In this document: positions 37,164 through 48,507 of the stretch, piece after piece
Layout of the letters: every line of letters starts with the position of its first letter
Position numbering within the stretch: position 1 is the first letter of the stretch
NCBI GenBank assembly: GCA_963755715.1
Contig: CAVWLW010000024.1
Span: 64,001 to 128,000 of the forward strand
DNA from: an uncultured delta proteobacterium
GTDB lineage: Bacteria > Desulfobacterota > Binatia > UBA9968
Direction: 5' to 3'
DNA length: 64,000 bases
Notes under the pieces: generated by a model
What the model saw: only the letters and a program-made list of their open reading frames with translations
Databases searched by the model: none
What the model was told of the DNA's origin: nothing
Program-made: the position numbers and the translations under genes

Positions 37164-37877
37164 TCAAAGTCCCAAATAGGCCCGGCGCACGCGCTGGTCA
37201 TTCAGCAGTTCGTGGCCAGAGCCGGCGACAACGATGCGGCCATTTTCCAGCACGTAAGCGTGTTGCGAAAGCTTCAGTGACACGGCGACATTTTGTTCGA
37301 CGAGCAAAACGGTCAAGCCCTTTTGATTGAGCGTGTGAATCGTCTGCAGCAATTGCTGAACGACGTTTGGTGCAAGGCCGAGCGAGGGCTCGTCGAACAT
37401 GATCAGCTCGGGGCGGCCCATGAGGCAGCGGCCGATGGCGAGCATCTGCTGCTCACCGCCGGAAAGCGTGCCGGCGAGTTGTTTTTTGCGCTCGCCAAGA
37501 CGCGGGAAGAGCGCAAATACGCTCTCCATCGTTTGCTTCATTTTTTTTTGCGCGCGCGGCAGCATGGCGCCCATGGCCAGATTCTCGGTGGTGGTTAGGC
37601 TCGGAAAGAGCTGGCGGCCCTCGGCGACTTGACCGATGCCGAGATTGCAGATCTCATGCGAATCCAGGCCGGTGATATCGCGCCCGGCAAAAACAATCCG
37701 GCCGCCACGCGGCCGCTCGATACCGGCGATGGCGCGGATCAGCGACGACTTGCCGGCGCCGTTGGCGCCGACGATGGCCACGATCTCGTTCTTGGGTATT
37801 TCAAGCGAGACGGCCGCAAGGGCTGGCGCGTCGCCATAGAACAAATCGAGGTCTTTCACTTCGAGCAATGCGGTCAT
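37164..37877 (-). CDS. livF: branched-chain amino acid-type ABC ATPase
   Basis: GANGAGKS Walker A, LSGGEQQMLAIGR, DEPSLGL, C-terminal AYLGL. Confidence 0.92.
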   Translation of the reverse strand: MTALLEVKDLDLFYGDAPALAAVSLEIPKNEIVAIVGANGAGKSSLIRAIAGIERPRGGRIVFAGRDITGLDSHEICNLGIGQVAEGRQLFPSLTTTENLAMGAMLPRAQKKMKQTMESVFALFPRLGERKKQLAGTLSGGEQQMLAIGRCLMGRPELIMFDEPSLGLAPNVVQQLLQTIHTLNQKGLTVLLVEQNVAVSLKLSQHAYVLENGRIVVAGSGHELLNDQRVRRAYLGL

Positions 37878-38605
37878 AGCTCCAAGTCCTCGCCGAGATA
37901 GCATTCCAGCACTGCGGCGTCGAGTACCACTTGCGCCGGTGAACCCTGCGCGATCATCTCGCCATGATGGAGCACGATAACTTTGTGCGCCAGCGCCATC
38001 ACGGCGCGCATGACATGTTCGATCAAAAGAATCGTCACTCCGTCGCGTTGATTGATCTCTTGCAAGAAGGCAATCAATTGGTCGCATTCTAAGGGACGTA
38101 ACCCGGCCATCACTTCGTCGAGGAGCAGGAGTTTCGGCCGGGTGGCGAGAGCGCGCGCGATTTCGAGTTTTTTTCTGTCCGGCAAAGTGAGTGAAGAAGC
38201 GGGAAAGTCGCGTTTCGATCCGAGGCCGAGTTTGTCGATAATCGTCGAAGCGAATGCTCGCGCTTCGTCGACTCTCGCGCAGCATCTGAGCGCGCCGACA
38301 ATCACGTTATCGAGCACCGAGAGGCCGGCGAAAGGTCTTTACGATCTGAAAAGTGCGGCCGATGCCGAGCGACGCAAATCTGATCGGGCCGCAGCCCATC
38401 GATCGGTTTGCCGGCGAAGAGAATCGCTCCGTCGTCGGGCCGGAGCGCGCCGGCGACCATGTTGAAAATCGTCGTTTTGCCGGCGCCGTTGGGACCGATG
38501 AGAGCGACGATCGCGCCGTTCTTCGACTTCGAAGGAGACGTTTGTGACCGCGCGCAGGCCGCGAAAGGATTTGCTGAGCCTTTGCACATTCAACAGAAAA
38601 CTCAT
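37874..38605 (-). CDS. livG: branched-chain amino acid-type ABC ATPase, frameshifted
   Basis: GPNGAGKTT, GRTFQ, LLLDEVMAGL, IEHVM and CYLG spread over several frames. Confidence 0.88.
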
Positions 38606-39574
38606 TCACGCACCTTGAGCTTGCGCGCCAGCGCGGGCCAGATGCCGTGGGGCAGAAAGACGATGACGGCAAATAACACGATGCCGTAGATCAATTGCTT
38701 GATGCCCGGCACTTCCCAACCGAAGGCAACGACGATTTCGCTCGTGCCTTCGGCGAGCAGGGCGAGTAGCGCTGCGCCCACGATAGGACCGAAGATCGTG
38801 CCGAATGCCACCGATGATCGGTCCCAAAATAATTTCGACCGAGCGGTTGATGCTGAATAGCTGCTCGGGGAAGAGACTGCCGTAGTAAAACGCCGAGAAT
38901 ACGCCGGCAAGCGCTGTCATCGCGGCGCTGATGACGACAGCGAGCATTTTCCAGCGAAAGGTATTGATGCCGAGTGCTTGGGCGGCGTCTTCATTTTCGC
39001 GAATCGCCTGCCAGTAATAGCCGGCGCGGCTGTGCAAAAGCCAAGCGCTCAAAGCCAAGGCCGCCGCGGTGAGCGCAAGAATCACATAATAAAACATCGC
39101 CGGCGTGCCGCGCAGATTGAGCAGCTCGATGCGGTCGCGCTCGGCAACCTTGAGAAACATTCCGCCCGAACCGCCGAGCCAAGCGAAATGATCCAAGCCG
39201 ATGCGGGCGAATTCGGCAAATGCGATCGTCAGCAAGGTAAAGTAAACGCCGGCGACGCCGTAGCGAAAGGCGAGGGCGCCGATCGCCGCGCCCAACAGAG
39301 CGCACAGCGCGATCGAAAGCCACAGTCCGGCCCAGGGACCGATGCCGAAATGGAAATAGAGCGCGGCCGCAGCGTAAGCGCCGACGCCGAGATAAAGCGA
39401 ATGGCCGAGGGAGAGCTGGCCGGCGAAACCCATCATGATATTCCACGCCTGGCCGGCGTAAGCGAAGAACAGGAAGAGCGTCATCACAGACAAGAGGTAC
39501 TGACCGGCGACGGCGGGCAGAAGAACCAGAACCGAACCCAGGGTCGCGAGCCATAGAGCAGCGCGCCGCTTCAC
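38602..39574 (-). CDS. livM: branched-chain amino acid-type ABC permease, frameshifted near the 3' end
   Basis: GQLSLGHS, YFTLLTIAF, AIRENEDAAQALGIN, GPIVGA. Confidence 0.88.
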
Positions 39575-40448
39575 AGTTTGCTGCCCAGGAGGCCGCGCGG
39601 GCGAAACAGCAAAACGAGAATGAGCAGCGCGAAACTAAACATGCCCTTGGCCGACGGCGTGACGTAGAATCCAGCGAGCGCTTCGGACACACCGATCAGT
39701 ACGCCGCCGACCAGCGCGCCGGTCATGGAGCCGAGGCCGCCGACGATCACAATCACGAAAGCGAGAAGCGTGTAGGCGGGGCCGAGGCCGGGCGTCAAGT
39801 CGACGAGCATGATCATCATACAGCCGGCGATCCCGCCGCACGCCGAGCCGAGGCCGAAAGCGAGCGCGTAAAGCCTCTTCACGTCGAGGCCGACGACTTT
39901 GGCACCGAGCCAGTTGTCGGCGCAGGCGCGGATCGCCGTGCCGGTATGGGTAAAACCGAAGAGCGCAAATAACCCCGCTGCTGCGCCGAAAGCGATCAGG
40001 CCGGCGTAAAGCTTGCCACGGTCGATGAGCAGAGGACCGAGCTCGATGGGTTCGAGCAAATAGTCGAGACTGACGGCGCGCGCGTCCGGGCCGAAGAGGA
40101 TGAGCAGGCTATTCGTTATGATGATCGCCGAGCGGCCAAGAGCAAGATGAACTGCGAATGTTCGGGACGAGTGACGAACGGATGAATCACGGCCCCGTAC
40201 AGCACGTAACCGAAAATAAAAAAGATTACCGCGACGGGCGCCACAGACAAAAAGGGCTCGAGATGTAACGTGGAAAACAAAAGCACGGATAGATACATGG
40301 CGAGCGCCATCATTTCGCCGTGGGCGAAGTTGACGACCCGCGCCACGCCGAAGATCACCGAGAGGCCGAGCGCCATGAGACCGTAGACGATGCCGGTCAA
40401 GAGGCCGGAGATGACGACATTGGCAAGGTTGACGAAGTCCAGAGACAT
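39571..40448 (-). CDS. livH: branched-chain amino acid-type ABC permease, frameshifted at about 40130
   Basis: GLSVIFGVARVVNFAHGE, GTAIRA, IVGGLGS, RPRGLLG. Confidence 0.88.
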
Positions 40449-40568
40449 GAGAGGTGAATTAACGACTGCCTGAGTGGTTCAGCGAATGAAGGTTAGTCAA
40501 TGTTTAGCGCGGCATTTTCGCTGCTGCTCGCCATGAAAGACAGCGCTCGGCGTTTCACGATCGGCGAT

Positions 40569-41789
40569 TTACACTTTCTTATATTCCCGCCAAGGAAATT
40601 CCGGCTTAGCCTCGGCGGCGGCTTCGGGCAATACCACAACCGGTTTCTGTCGCTGATTTTGAATGCATGCCGAAAGGTTGCCTTCGACTTGTCCCTTGGC
40701 GTTGAACTTGATCGGGCCGCCGATCATCATGCGATTATTAATCTCGGTTTGACGAATGGCTTCCGCGAGTGCTTGTGGATTCGTCGCTTTCGCGCGCTTG
40801 TAAGCGTCGGCAGCGATCAAGATCGCTTCGAAAGTGTAGCCGACGTTGAGCGCGTGAAAGCGAAGTTGATCTTTCGGATTTTGTTTTCGGAACGCCGTAT
40901 CCACCATCTTGGCTAACCGCGACTTCGGATCGTACCATGGCACGTTGGAGAGACAACCTTCGGAAAGTTTGCCCAACGTCTGGAAAAATTGGTTTTCATA
41001 CATTCCCGGCGAGCCCGGGCTGATGATGCCCATGAGGTTCCAGCGCTGCTTGACGATCTCGCGGCGCAGAACGATGGCGTCGTTTAAACGCGAGACCAGG
41101 AGCAGGAAGTCGGCCTTGCTCGCTTTCGCTTTAGCGATCTCGACCGACAAATCTTTGGCGGCCGGATCGTAGGAGATCGTATCGACGAGCTTAAACGGTA
41201 AATCGAGCCGCGGCAGGATTGCGCCGATCGCTTTGGCGTTGGCCTGCCCGAACGTGTCGTTGACGTGCATGAACACCGCCGTGCGCGGCGTCGCGCCGGT
41301 GGCCTGGAAGAGATCGTTGATGAGGTTCAGACCGTTGGTCACCAACTCCGCGGCGACGGGAAAATTGCGAAAGACATACTTGTAGCCCTGTTCGGTGATC
41401 TGCGGCGCCGCGGCGATATTGATGACGAACGGCACACCGCGCTGCTCGGCGACCTGAGCGATGGCCGCCGCGGCGCCCGAGTCGAACGGGCCGACTAGGC
41501 AGTGCACGCCCTCCTGAACCAATCTCTCGGCGCGCGTGCGCGCAGTATCGACGTTGGTTTCGGTGTCGGCATTCATCAGCTCGATGTCGACGCCGAGCAA
41601 GTCGCGAATTACCGCGGGCGCGAGATCGGCGCCTTTTTGACAGGACTGGCCGATCAAGCCTTGCAGTCCCGACTTCGGCAAGAGCACGCCGATCTTGAGC
41701 TTCATCGGTTGAGCGTGGACGATATTAAACGGCGCGAGCGCGGCCGCGCTCGTCGTCAAAAGATATTTGTGGAATTGCCTACGATTCAT
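40569..41789 (-). CDS. LivJ/LivK-type ABC substrate-binding protein with Tat-like signal
   Basis: MNRRQF leader; KIGVLLPKSG, ITEQGYKYVFR, NDTFGQ; heads the liv operon. Confidence 0.88.
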   Translation of the reverse strand: MNRRQFHKYLLTTSAAALAPFNIVHAQPMKLKIGVLLPKSGLQGLIGQSCQKGADLAPAVIRDLLGVDIELMNADTETNVDTARTRAERLVQEGVHCLVGPFDSGAAAAIAQVAEQRGVPFVINIAAAPQITEQGYKYVFRNFPVAAELVTNGLNLINDLFQATGATPRTAVFMHVNDTFGQANAKAIGAILPRLDLPFKLVDTISYDPAAKDLSVEIAKAKASKADFLLLVSRLNDAIVLRREIVKQRWNLMGIISPGSPGMYENQFFQTLGKLSEGCLSNVPWYDPKSRLAKMVDTAFRKQNPKDQLRFHALNVGYTFEAILIAADAYKRAKATNPQALAEAIRQTEINNRMMIGGPIKFNAKGQVEGNLSACIQNQRQKPVVVLPEAAAEAKPEFPWREYKKV

Positions 41790-42047
41790 TTCGTCTTCGG
41801 TTGAAACTTTACTATGCGCCGACGAAGATTGTCGCAATTGATTTGGCGAGAATTTCAAGCCGACGGCGACTAAAGTAGCGATGGCGCCGGCTGATGTCAA
41901 TTGAATGCAGCCACGAGCGAGGGGGGATGCGGCACCGTATTTCCCGGGCTTCGTAAGGGCGCGTCGTAAAAGAGAAAGGCGGTCCGACGTAAACCGCTCA
42001 CCGGTTTCACCGTCTAATCGAACTAAGATTGATACAGGAGGTTAGCT

Positions 42048-42335
42048 ATGAAAAATTCGAAGAATATTCTATTGGGGGCTGTGCTTCTGACCGGCGTCTT
42101 CGCCATGGCTGCACCAGCTTCTGCGGACTATTATCGGCGCGCTGATTTTCGCAATGATCGACGGGAACTTTATCAGGACCGGCGTGAGCTGTCTCGGGAT
42201 CGAGCGGAGTTATACCGCGATCGACGCAACGGCGCGAGTCGGGCTGAAATCGCAAACGACCGGCGTGAGATTTGGCAGGACCGGCGCGAATTACGCAATG
42301 ACCGATTGGATCATCGTTCCTGGTGGCATTGGTAA
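42048..42335 (+). CDS. small secreted protein with DRREL heptad repeats
   Basis: AGGAGG RBS, signal peptide ending ASA, mature region of repeated DRRELxx units. Confidence 0.8.
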   Translation: MKNSKNILLGAVLLTGVFAMAAPASADYYRRADFRNDRRELYQDRRELSRDRAELYRDRRNGASRAEIANDRREIWQDRRELRNDRLDHRSWWHW

Positions 42336-42644
42336 TAAAATGCAGTTTACGATTTGAATGACGTTGACTGCTTAACGCGCGCGAAGATGACCTTCCTAAA
42401 TCCGGCCGGGATGTGTGTTCATGAATGCATGCCCTGGCCGGAAATTTGTTCGGCGATAAGGTCAATGTTTTTGTCTTGGTGAACTAAAAACGCCTTCTTA
42501 GGAAAGGGCGCGGGGCCGCGTTTGTAGTAATAGTTCGACACTTTAGCGTTCGATGCACTTTGCTCCGTCATACAGCGCTATCAAAGTTGTTCTGTTTTTG
42601 TGAGCACCGCTTCGGCGCGGCGATTGTTGCCATCCGTCGCCGGC

Positions 42645-44087
42645 TTATGCGTCGACGCCGTTCATGATTTGCATCAACTTGCTGGCGTCGGTCAGTTGCG
42701 TAATCGACCGTGCTGCATCGATTAATTTTGATTGAACTTTTTCATGTAAAATCCCATCGCAGCAGGAGCGCACTTTTGCTTCCAGGTCTGCGTCGCTCAG
42801 CGGATTTTCCGGGCCGCCGCGGTAGCGCTCATCGGCCCAGCCTTCGACTCGGCGTCCATCTTTGAGTCGAATCGTGATGCGCGAGCGCATTTTGTCGAAG
42901 CCCATTTTTTCGATTTCCGGATCGAGCTCGGTCGTGATTCGCTTCTGCATCGCTTGCATCGATGCGGAAGCCGACGAACTCGTCCGAGAATTCCCGTTTG
43001 CCGGCTTTGCGTGCGAGGGCGATCATGGCCAGTGCGGCGGGAAGTGAAAACTTCGCCTGGAGATGGTTCGCCGCGATCGGATAGCGGATCGGATTCAAGA
43101 TATTTGTACCCGCATAAACTTTGACGCGTATCGATGTCGTCCGGTTTTACGTCATGTTCGGCTGACGAGTTTGAGCATCAAGTCGATCGTTGGATGCGTG
43201 AGCACGCCGCAAGGATAGGGTTTGATCGATACGCCGGGGTCGACGATCGTCCAGGCTTTGCCGAAGCCCTGCGAGGTCTTTCCCAGGCTGACACCGCCGC
43301 CTTGCACGGCATAAAAGCCCCACGGGCCGTCCAGCGCATCGGGATCGGCGGTGAAACCGCGCGCAGCCAGCAGCGCTGCGGTAACGCCGTTTTCCGCGGC
43401 ACGACCGACGTGGAGAGGTTTGGTCATGGTGCCGAAGTTGCAGCGGATGCCCGCCGCGAAACTTGCGGCAATGCCGAAGCCGCTGCGGAGTTTATCGCGA
43501 TTCAACCCGAGCAGTTTCGCCGCTGCGGCGTAGGCGCCGAAGGTGCCGACCGTGCCACTCGAATGCATGCCTTTGACATAATGCTGCGGCAGCATCCATT
43601 CGGAGATTTTGCATTCGACTTCAAAGCCGGTGAGAAACGCCAGCATGAAAGTCTTGCCGTCGATGCCGCCGAGCTTTTGCGCCAGCACCAGCGCGCTCGA
43701 TAGCGGCGGAATCGTGGGATGAGTTAAGAGCCCGTACACATGCGCCGGGTCGATGCTTACCTGGCTGTCGTCCCAGTCGTGAGCATGGCCGGCGGTGCCG
43801 AGCACTCGGGCTGCCATCGGTGCCGGCACTTTGGTATTTCTCCTGCCTAATAACAGCGCGTCGGGCCGGCCGCCGGTTTGTTCCGCGTCGTCGACAAGAA
43901 GCTGGACGGTATGCTCCTCGGAACCGGCGACAAAAAGGCCGAGACCATCGAGCAAACAGCGCGTGCCGATACGGACGGCTTCGGCGGGAATTTCTTCGAA
44001 CGTGATCTTGTCGACGAACTCGGCGGCGGCAGCCGTCGTTTTCAATCCAGCGGGAATTTTTGCGTAAATATTTTCTTCAGCAGCCAT
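42645..44087 (-). CDS. MmgE/PrpD family protein, frameshifted in the 3' third
   Basis: HAHDWDD, HPT, GTMTKPLHVG, KPYPCG, QAKFS and GGPENPLS motifs across three ORFs. Confidence 0.9.
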
Positions 44088-44280
44088 GGGTAACCTCGCG
44101 GCGCGACTTCGCTCACTAGAATCACGCGAGGCCCGACTTTACCGACGGATCTGGGCGCATGCAAGTTATTCCCGCACAAAGCTCGACTTGCAAACTATCT
44201 GACGGCGCCGAGTCTCGCGGCTAGATCGAAACTCTTTGGCTAGGGCGCGAGACTCGGTCGTGTTGAAATCAAGCAATGCC

Positions 44281-44565
44281 TCAAAGGCGCTGCACCTTGA
44301 TAGAATAGTTGCCCTTGCCACTGGCGCGATTGTAATGGCGCACCTGAACGAAGTACTGGCCGGCAACGAGATCTCTGCTGATCAGCGCATTGGTATCGAC
44401 GCCGGAATCGTCATCCTCGGCAATGAGCGCAGTTTCACTGTTCGGGCCGAAGAGTTTCATGACGACGTCCGTGGAACCGCGCGTATCTATCTGATACCGG
44501 CCGTCGCTCGCCGCGGTAAAGCAGCAATGAAATTTACCGAATTCGTCACGGGTGAATTTCTCCAC
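44281..44565 (-). pseudogene. isolated pre-peptidase C-terminal (PPC)-like domain, probable remnant of a larger gene
   Basis: YQIDTRGSTD...LIAEDDDSG...NALI...GQYFVQVRHY...GNYSI pattern; no catalytic domain, signal peptide or convincing RBS upstream. Confidence 0.55.
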
Positions 44566-44791
44566 GGCAACGGTGTCGCTGTTCCCTTTGGTTTACACCG
44601 AGTGTAAACGAGGTTGCCTCCGATTCGCCCGTCGCCGATGCGCGAGTTCAAGCCTAAGCAGTTTGTCGGCAAGTAGGTAGGCTACGAAGTCTCTGCGGAA
44701 CAATAGGACGGGCCGCAGCGGCCACACTTTTCCATAAGCGATTTAAATTGCGATGAGGTTTCCTGTTCGTGCGTAAGGTCCGGCCGGGGAA

Positions 44792-45472
44792 TCAGTCGAC
44801 AACTTCTGAGATATAATAATCGATGTAGCGCCGGTTGGCGTTGGGGAGCCCGTGCCCTTTGACCATCTGCTGGCATTCTTCCTGACTGTGTGTTTTCACC
44901 GGGCCGAGAGGGGCACACAGGATCTGGATTCGCGCCGAGCGAACCAAATCGAGCCCGAGGCGCAGCAGTGTGTCGAGGTCGTTCGACACAACCGTGCCGC
45001 CGTGGCCGCGCAGGAGCACCGCGTTGCGATCGCCGAGAGTGGCGGCGACTTTGTCGCCCAGCTGGGGATTGCGGATCAAAATCGGAGAATCGTAGATCGG
45101 CGTGCCGCGGTAAAAGTGCACGCCACAGTTGGCGATAACCTTTATCCCTTGGCCGGACGCGGCCACGGCGATCAACTCGTCGGGATGGTAGTGCAGGATG
45201 CACTGGACGTCGGCGCGCGCTTTGTAGATCGACGTATGCATCGCCGTCTCGCCGTTGGGCTCGCCGTGGCCTTCGAGCTTGTTTCCGTCGGCGTCGATGA
45301 TGATCAGGTCGCGCAATGCGACCTTGCCCGGCGGCATGTGCGGCGTGCTCAAGATTCGGCCGTCGGCCAGGCGCGCGGTAAGATGGCCGTAGCCGTCGAG
45401 CACCCGTTGTTTTTGCAGTACCTTGCACGCCAAAACCATTTTTTCTTTCACGGCCTCAATCGCGTCCAACAT
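44792..45472 (-). CDS. class II aldolase/adducin family protein (possibly a decarboxylase)
   Basis: GHLTAR, GETAMH, HYHP and LLRGHG metal-binding motifs; GAGGAGG RBS. Confidence 0.9.
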   Translation of the reverse strand: MLDAIEAVKEKMVLACKVLQKQRVLDGYGHLTARLADGRILSTPHMPPGKVALRDLIIIDADGNKLEGHGEPNGETAMHTSIYKARADVQCILHYHPDELIAVAASGQGIKVIANCGVHFYRGTPIYDSPILIRNPQLGDKVAATLGDRNAVLLRGHGGTVVSNDLDTLLRLGLDLVRSARIQILCAPLGPVKTHSQEECQQMVKGHGLPNANRRYIDYYISEVVD

Positions 45473-45555
45473 TTTTCCTCCCTCGATCTGTGACTGCTAA
45501 GCCATTTCGCTCAAGCCGATTCCATACCGCAAAACATGAATATAGGCGAGCGCGC

Positions 45556-46735
45556 TTAATGGACGCGCCGCAACAGCGCCACGGCGTCGATTTCCACTAA
45601 GCAGCGCGGCGAAAGTTCGCGAACCTCCACGGTCAATCCCGCGGGCATTGTAGAATTGCGCTTGTTGGCGGCGAAAAACTCCCGATAGGCGGTCGTGAAT
45701 GTGGACCGGTCCTGGCCGACGATGAGATAGACGGTGGTTTTCACGATATCGTCCAAAGTTCCGCCGGCTTCTTCGACGATGTCTTTGACATGCTGCAGGG
45801 TGATTTTAGTCTGACCGGCGAGATCTCCTTCACCTTCCACGATACGATTGAATCCGACGGCATCTTGACCGGCTTGCAACAACCAATCGCCGACGCGAAC
45901 GGATTGTGAAAAAGAGCCGGGTGCTTTGCGCACTTTCGGGCTGGCGACGATGGTTTGTTTTCCATCGTAGGCGATGGCCACGGAACGCAGGAGAATGTCC
46001 TTCCCCAAGTCTTGAATGTAGATGCCGGAATTCGGCGGGAACTGATCTTCCTCAAAAATGTTTTTGTAGACCGCTTTGCGCGCCTCGCCATAGCCTGGGC
46101 GCAAGTCGGTGCTCGGCATGAACATGAAAGTGCGGCAAAGGTCGGCTAGCGACAGTTTCTGATCGTGCAGAATCTTGCCAATGCGGTTTAGAACCGTCGC
46201 GGTTTGGAATTGAATTGTCGCCGGCGGTGTAACTTTGCCGTTGCTATCGCCAGCATCCACACCCGATAAGAAAATAAAATCGTGCGCGCGGACGCCGTGA
46301 CAGCGCGCTCCGGCTGCCAACGGCAAATCGTCAAGCAAGATCGGTTTAATCTGTGAGCGATCTCGTGTTGCCATCGCGTCGATTCGCAACCGGCAGTTTC
46401 CTTCGAGGCCGCTCACGCCGACGAAGGTGATGGCCGGTGTCGCTCTCCGATCCAACTGCGAGTGCAGCGCGCCGATTATTTCGGGGGCATCGGCGTAATC
46501 GGCAAGAAATACCGTGAGACTCACCAGGTTCTGCTAGATCCTGGCCGCAGGAATCGAGCGCAAGGCGCAGAGCTTCGCAGCTTCGAATGCATTGAGCTTT
46601 CGCGCTTCGGTCCTCGACGGAGCCATCGGGCCGGCGAGTGTCTACAGCCACGAATGTGAACTCATCGGCGACGATGCCCTGGGAGAAAATTGTGGTTTCC
46701 GAATAGAGTTGGTTGGAATGGATCGCTTGTATCAT
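45556..46735 (-). CDS. protein with three tandem Rid (YjgF/YER057c/UK114) domains, frameshifted at about 46530
   Basis: Three units, each with a FSQ/HG-x-x-x-D-F/W-x-F strand, a Q-(T/C) helix, a TV(F/Y)L-like strand and an (R/E)IDA-like end. Confidence 0.82.
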
Positions 46736-46752
46736 GTCGTTCCTCCGTAACT

Positions 46753-48463
46753 TTACCGCCTGACACCCGTCAGCATATCCGCCGCGCGATTACCGATGCT
46801 CCAATAACCGATCATCACGGGCAGCATTAATAGGATCATGACCAGACTCATGGCTGCCGACGGACCGTGTTGGCCGGAATTCCACAGGCTCCAAATGACG
46901 ACGGACAATGTGATGTTGCTCGGGCTAAATAAAATGGTCGCCAATGTCAGTTCTCTCAGCGTCAGCAAGGCGATCCAGAAAAACGCATTGATCAGTGTCG
47001 GTGAGATGAGCGGCAGCAATATTCGAAATACGACGTCGCGCCGTTTGGAGCCGCACACCTCGGCGGCCTCTTCGAGCTCTTCGCTGACGGCAATGATGGC
47101 GGAATTGGTGACCCTGGTGCCAAAGCTCAGGCGCTGGATGATATGCACGATGACGAGAAGCGTCAGTGTGCCGTACAGCGGGACGATATTCCGGAGCACA
47201 AACAGGGAAAGCAGCAAGCCGCTCACGGCGAAGACGATCGACGGCACGGCATGGGGCAGAAACGCGAGGGCGTCGAGAAAATATCGCACTTTGGTCTTGG
47301 ACCTCAGCACGACCCACGAATAAACGAAGCACACGATCAGCGACGCCAGCGGAACCCCCGCAGTCAACAGCAAACTATTTTTCAGCGCTCGGAAAAAAAG
47401 ATCCCAAGGGCGCTTGGACGAAATTCGCAACGCTCAATTGTGTAAGCGCTTCGACGGACGGCGGTTGTACGAAGGGTTGAAAGGCGACCCAGAGCAAAAG
47501 ACCGACAGGGACGAACATCTGTACGGTGAAATACAAAATCACGAATAGACCGGCCCAACGATTCCATTTGCCCAACGGGTAGCGTAGCGGCCGGTAGTCT
47601 TTGCCTTTGACCAATTGATAGCGGCTCGCCTGGGCGATCTCGCGCAGATACCACACGGACAGCAAGCTGCCGATCAAAATGAGCAAGGTGCTCACGGCGG
47701 CAGGCCGGCCATATTGCGGAAATCCCTGGTGCGGCACCAAGTCCTCGTAGATGAATGTGCCGAGGGTGTACACGCGATTGGACAGGCCGATGATCGCGGG
47801 CACGTCGAAGGAAGCGACGGCGATGGCGGCGACGTAAAACGCCGCCGCCAAAGTGGCCGGCGTCGAGAGCGGCAGAATTATACTTTTAAACAACTGCCAG
47901 CCGTTGGCGCCGGCGGCTTTGGCCGCTTCTTCGAGAGTCGTGTCCGCCATGCGCAGATTGGCCGCGACCATGATGAAAACGACCGGCGCTAATGTGATGC
48001 CCTCGACCCAGCCCATCCCGACGGGAGTGGCAATATTGATTTTCAAGTCCTCGGCCACGAACTGTTTTAGATAGATATTGAGAAAGCCAATGCGCGGATG
48101 AAGCAAAAACAACCAGCCCATGGACGGGAAAAAAGTAGGAATCAGCAAACCGAGCGTCATGCCGGTGTAAATAAGATTTCGTCCGCGAATATCCGTGCGT
48201 TCCACGAGCCAGGCGATCAGCACACCAAACAGCAGCGAAATGAATACCGCGATTCCAGTATAGATCAGCGTATTGATCAGGACCCGGTAGGCGAGCCGGT
48301 CTTTGAGCAACTCCGTGTAGTGAGCGGTCGTCAGAAACCCGCCCGGGATGCCGGGCAGGCCTTCATAGAAACTCAGATAGAAGACGACCATGAGCATCAG
48401 CCCGACGATCGTTCCTACCATTGCCGCGAAGCAGAGCGCAGGGCTGGAAACGCGGCTATCCAT
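46753..48463 (-). CDS. ABC permease, FbpB-type (duplicated TM domain), frameshifted at about 47410
   Basis: Two EAA loops (LEEAAKAAGA, LEEAAEVCGS), AWLVERTD, SFDVPAIIG. Confidence 0.88.
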
Positions 48464-48507
48464 CGCAGCGATCGTGAACAGCGTCGGGAGATGCGCGCAC
48501 GCGGAGC

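Noticed and set aside
37878-38285. Long N-terminal extension on LivF (373-aa ORF)
   Set aside because: It is an alternative frame of the overlapping livG gene; LivF homology starts at MTALLEV (37877).
41930-41945. CGGCAC-CGTAT-TTCCC as a fifth sigma54 promoter for the DRREL protein
   Set aside because: Lacks the essential -12 GC dinucleotide.
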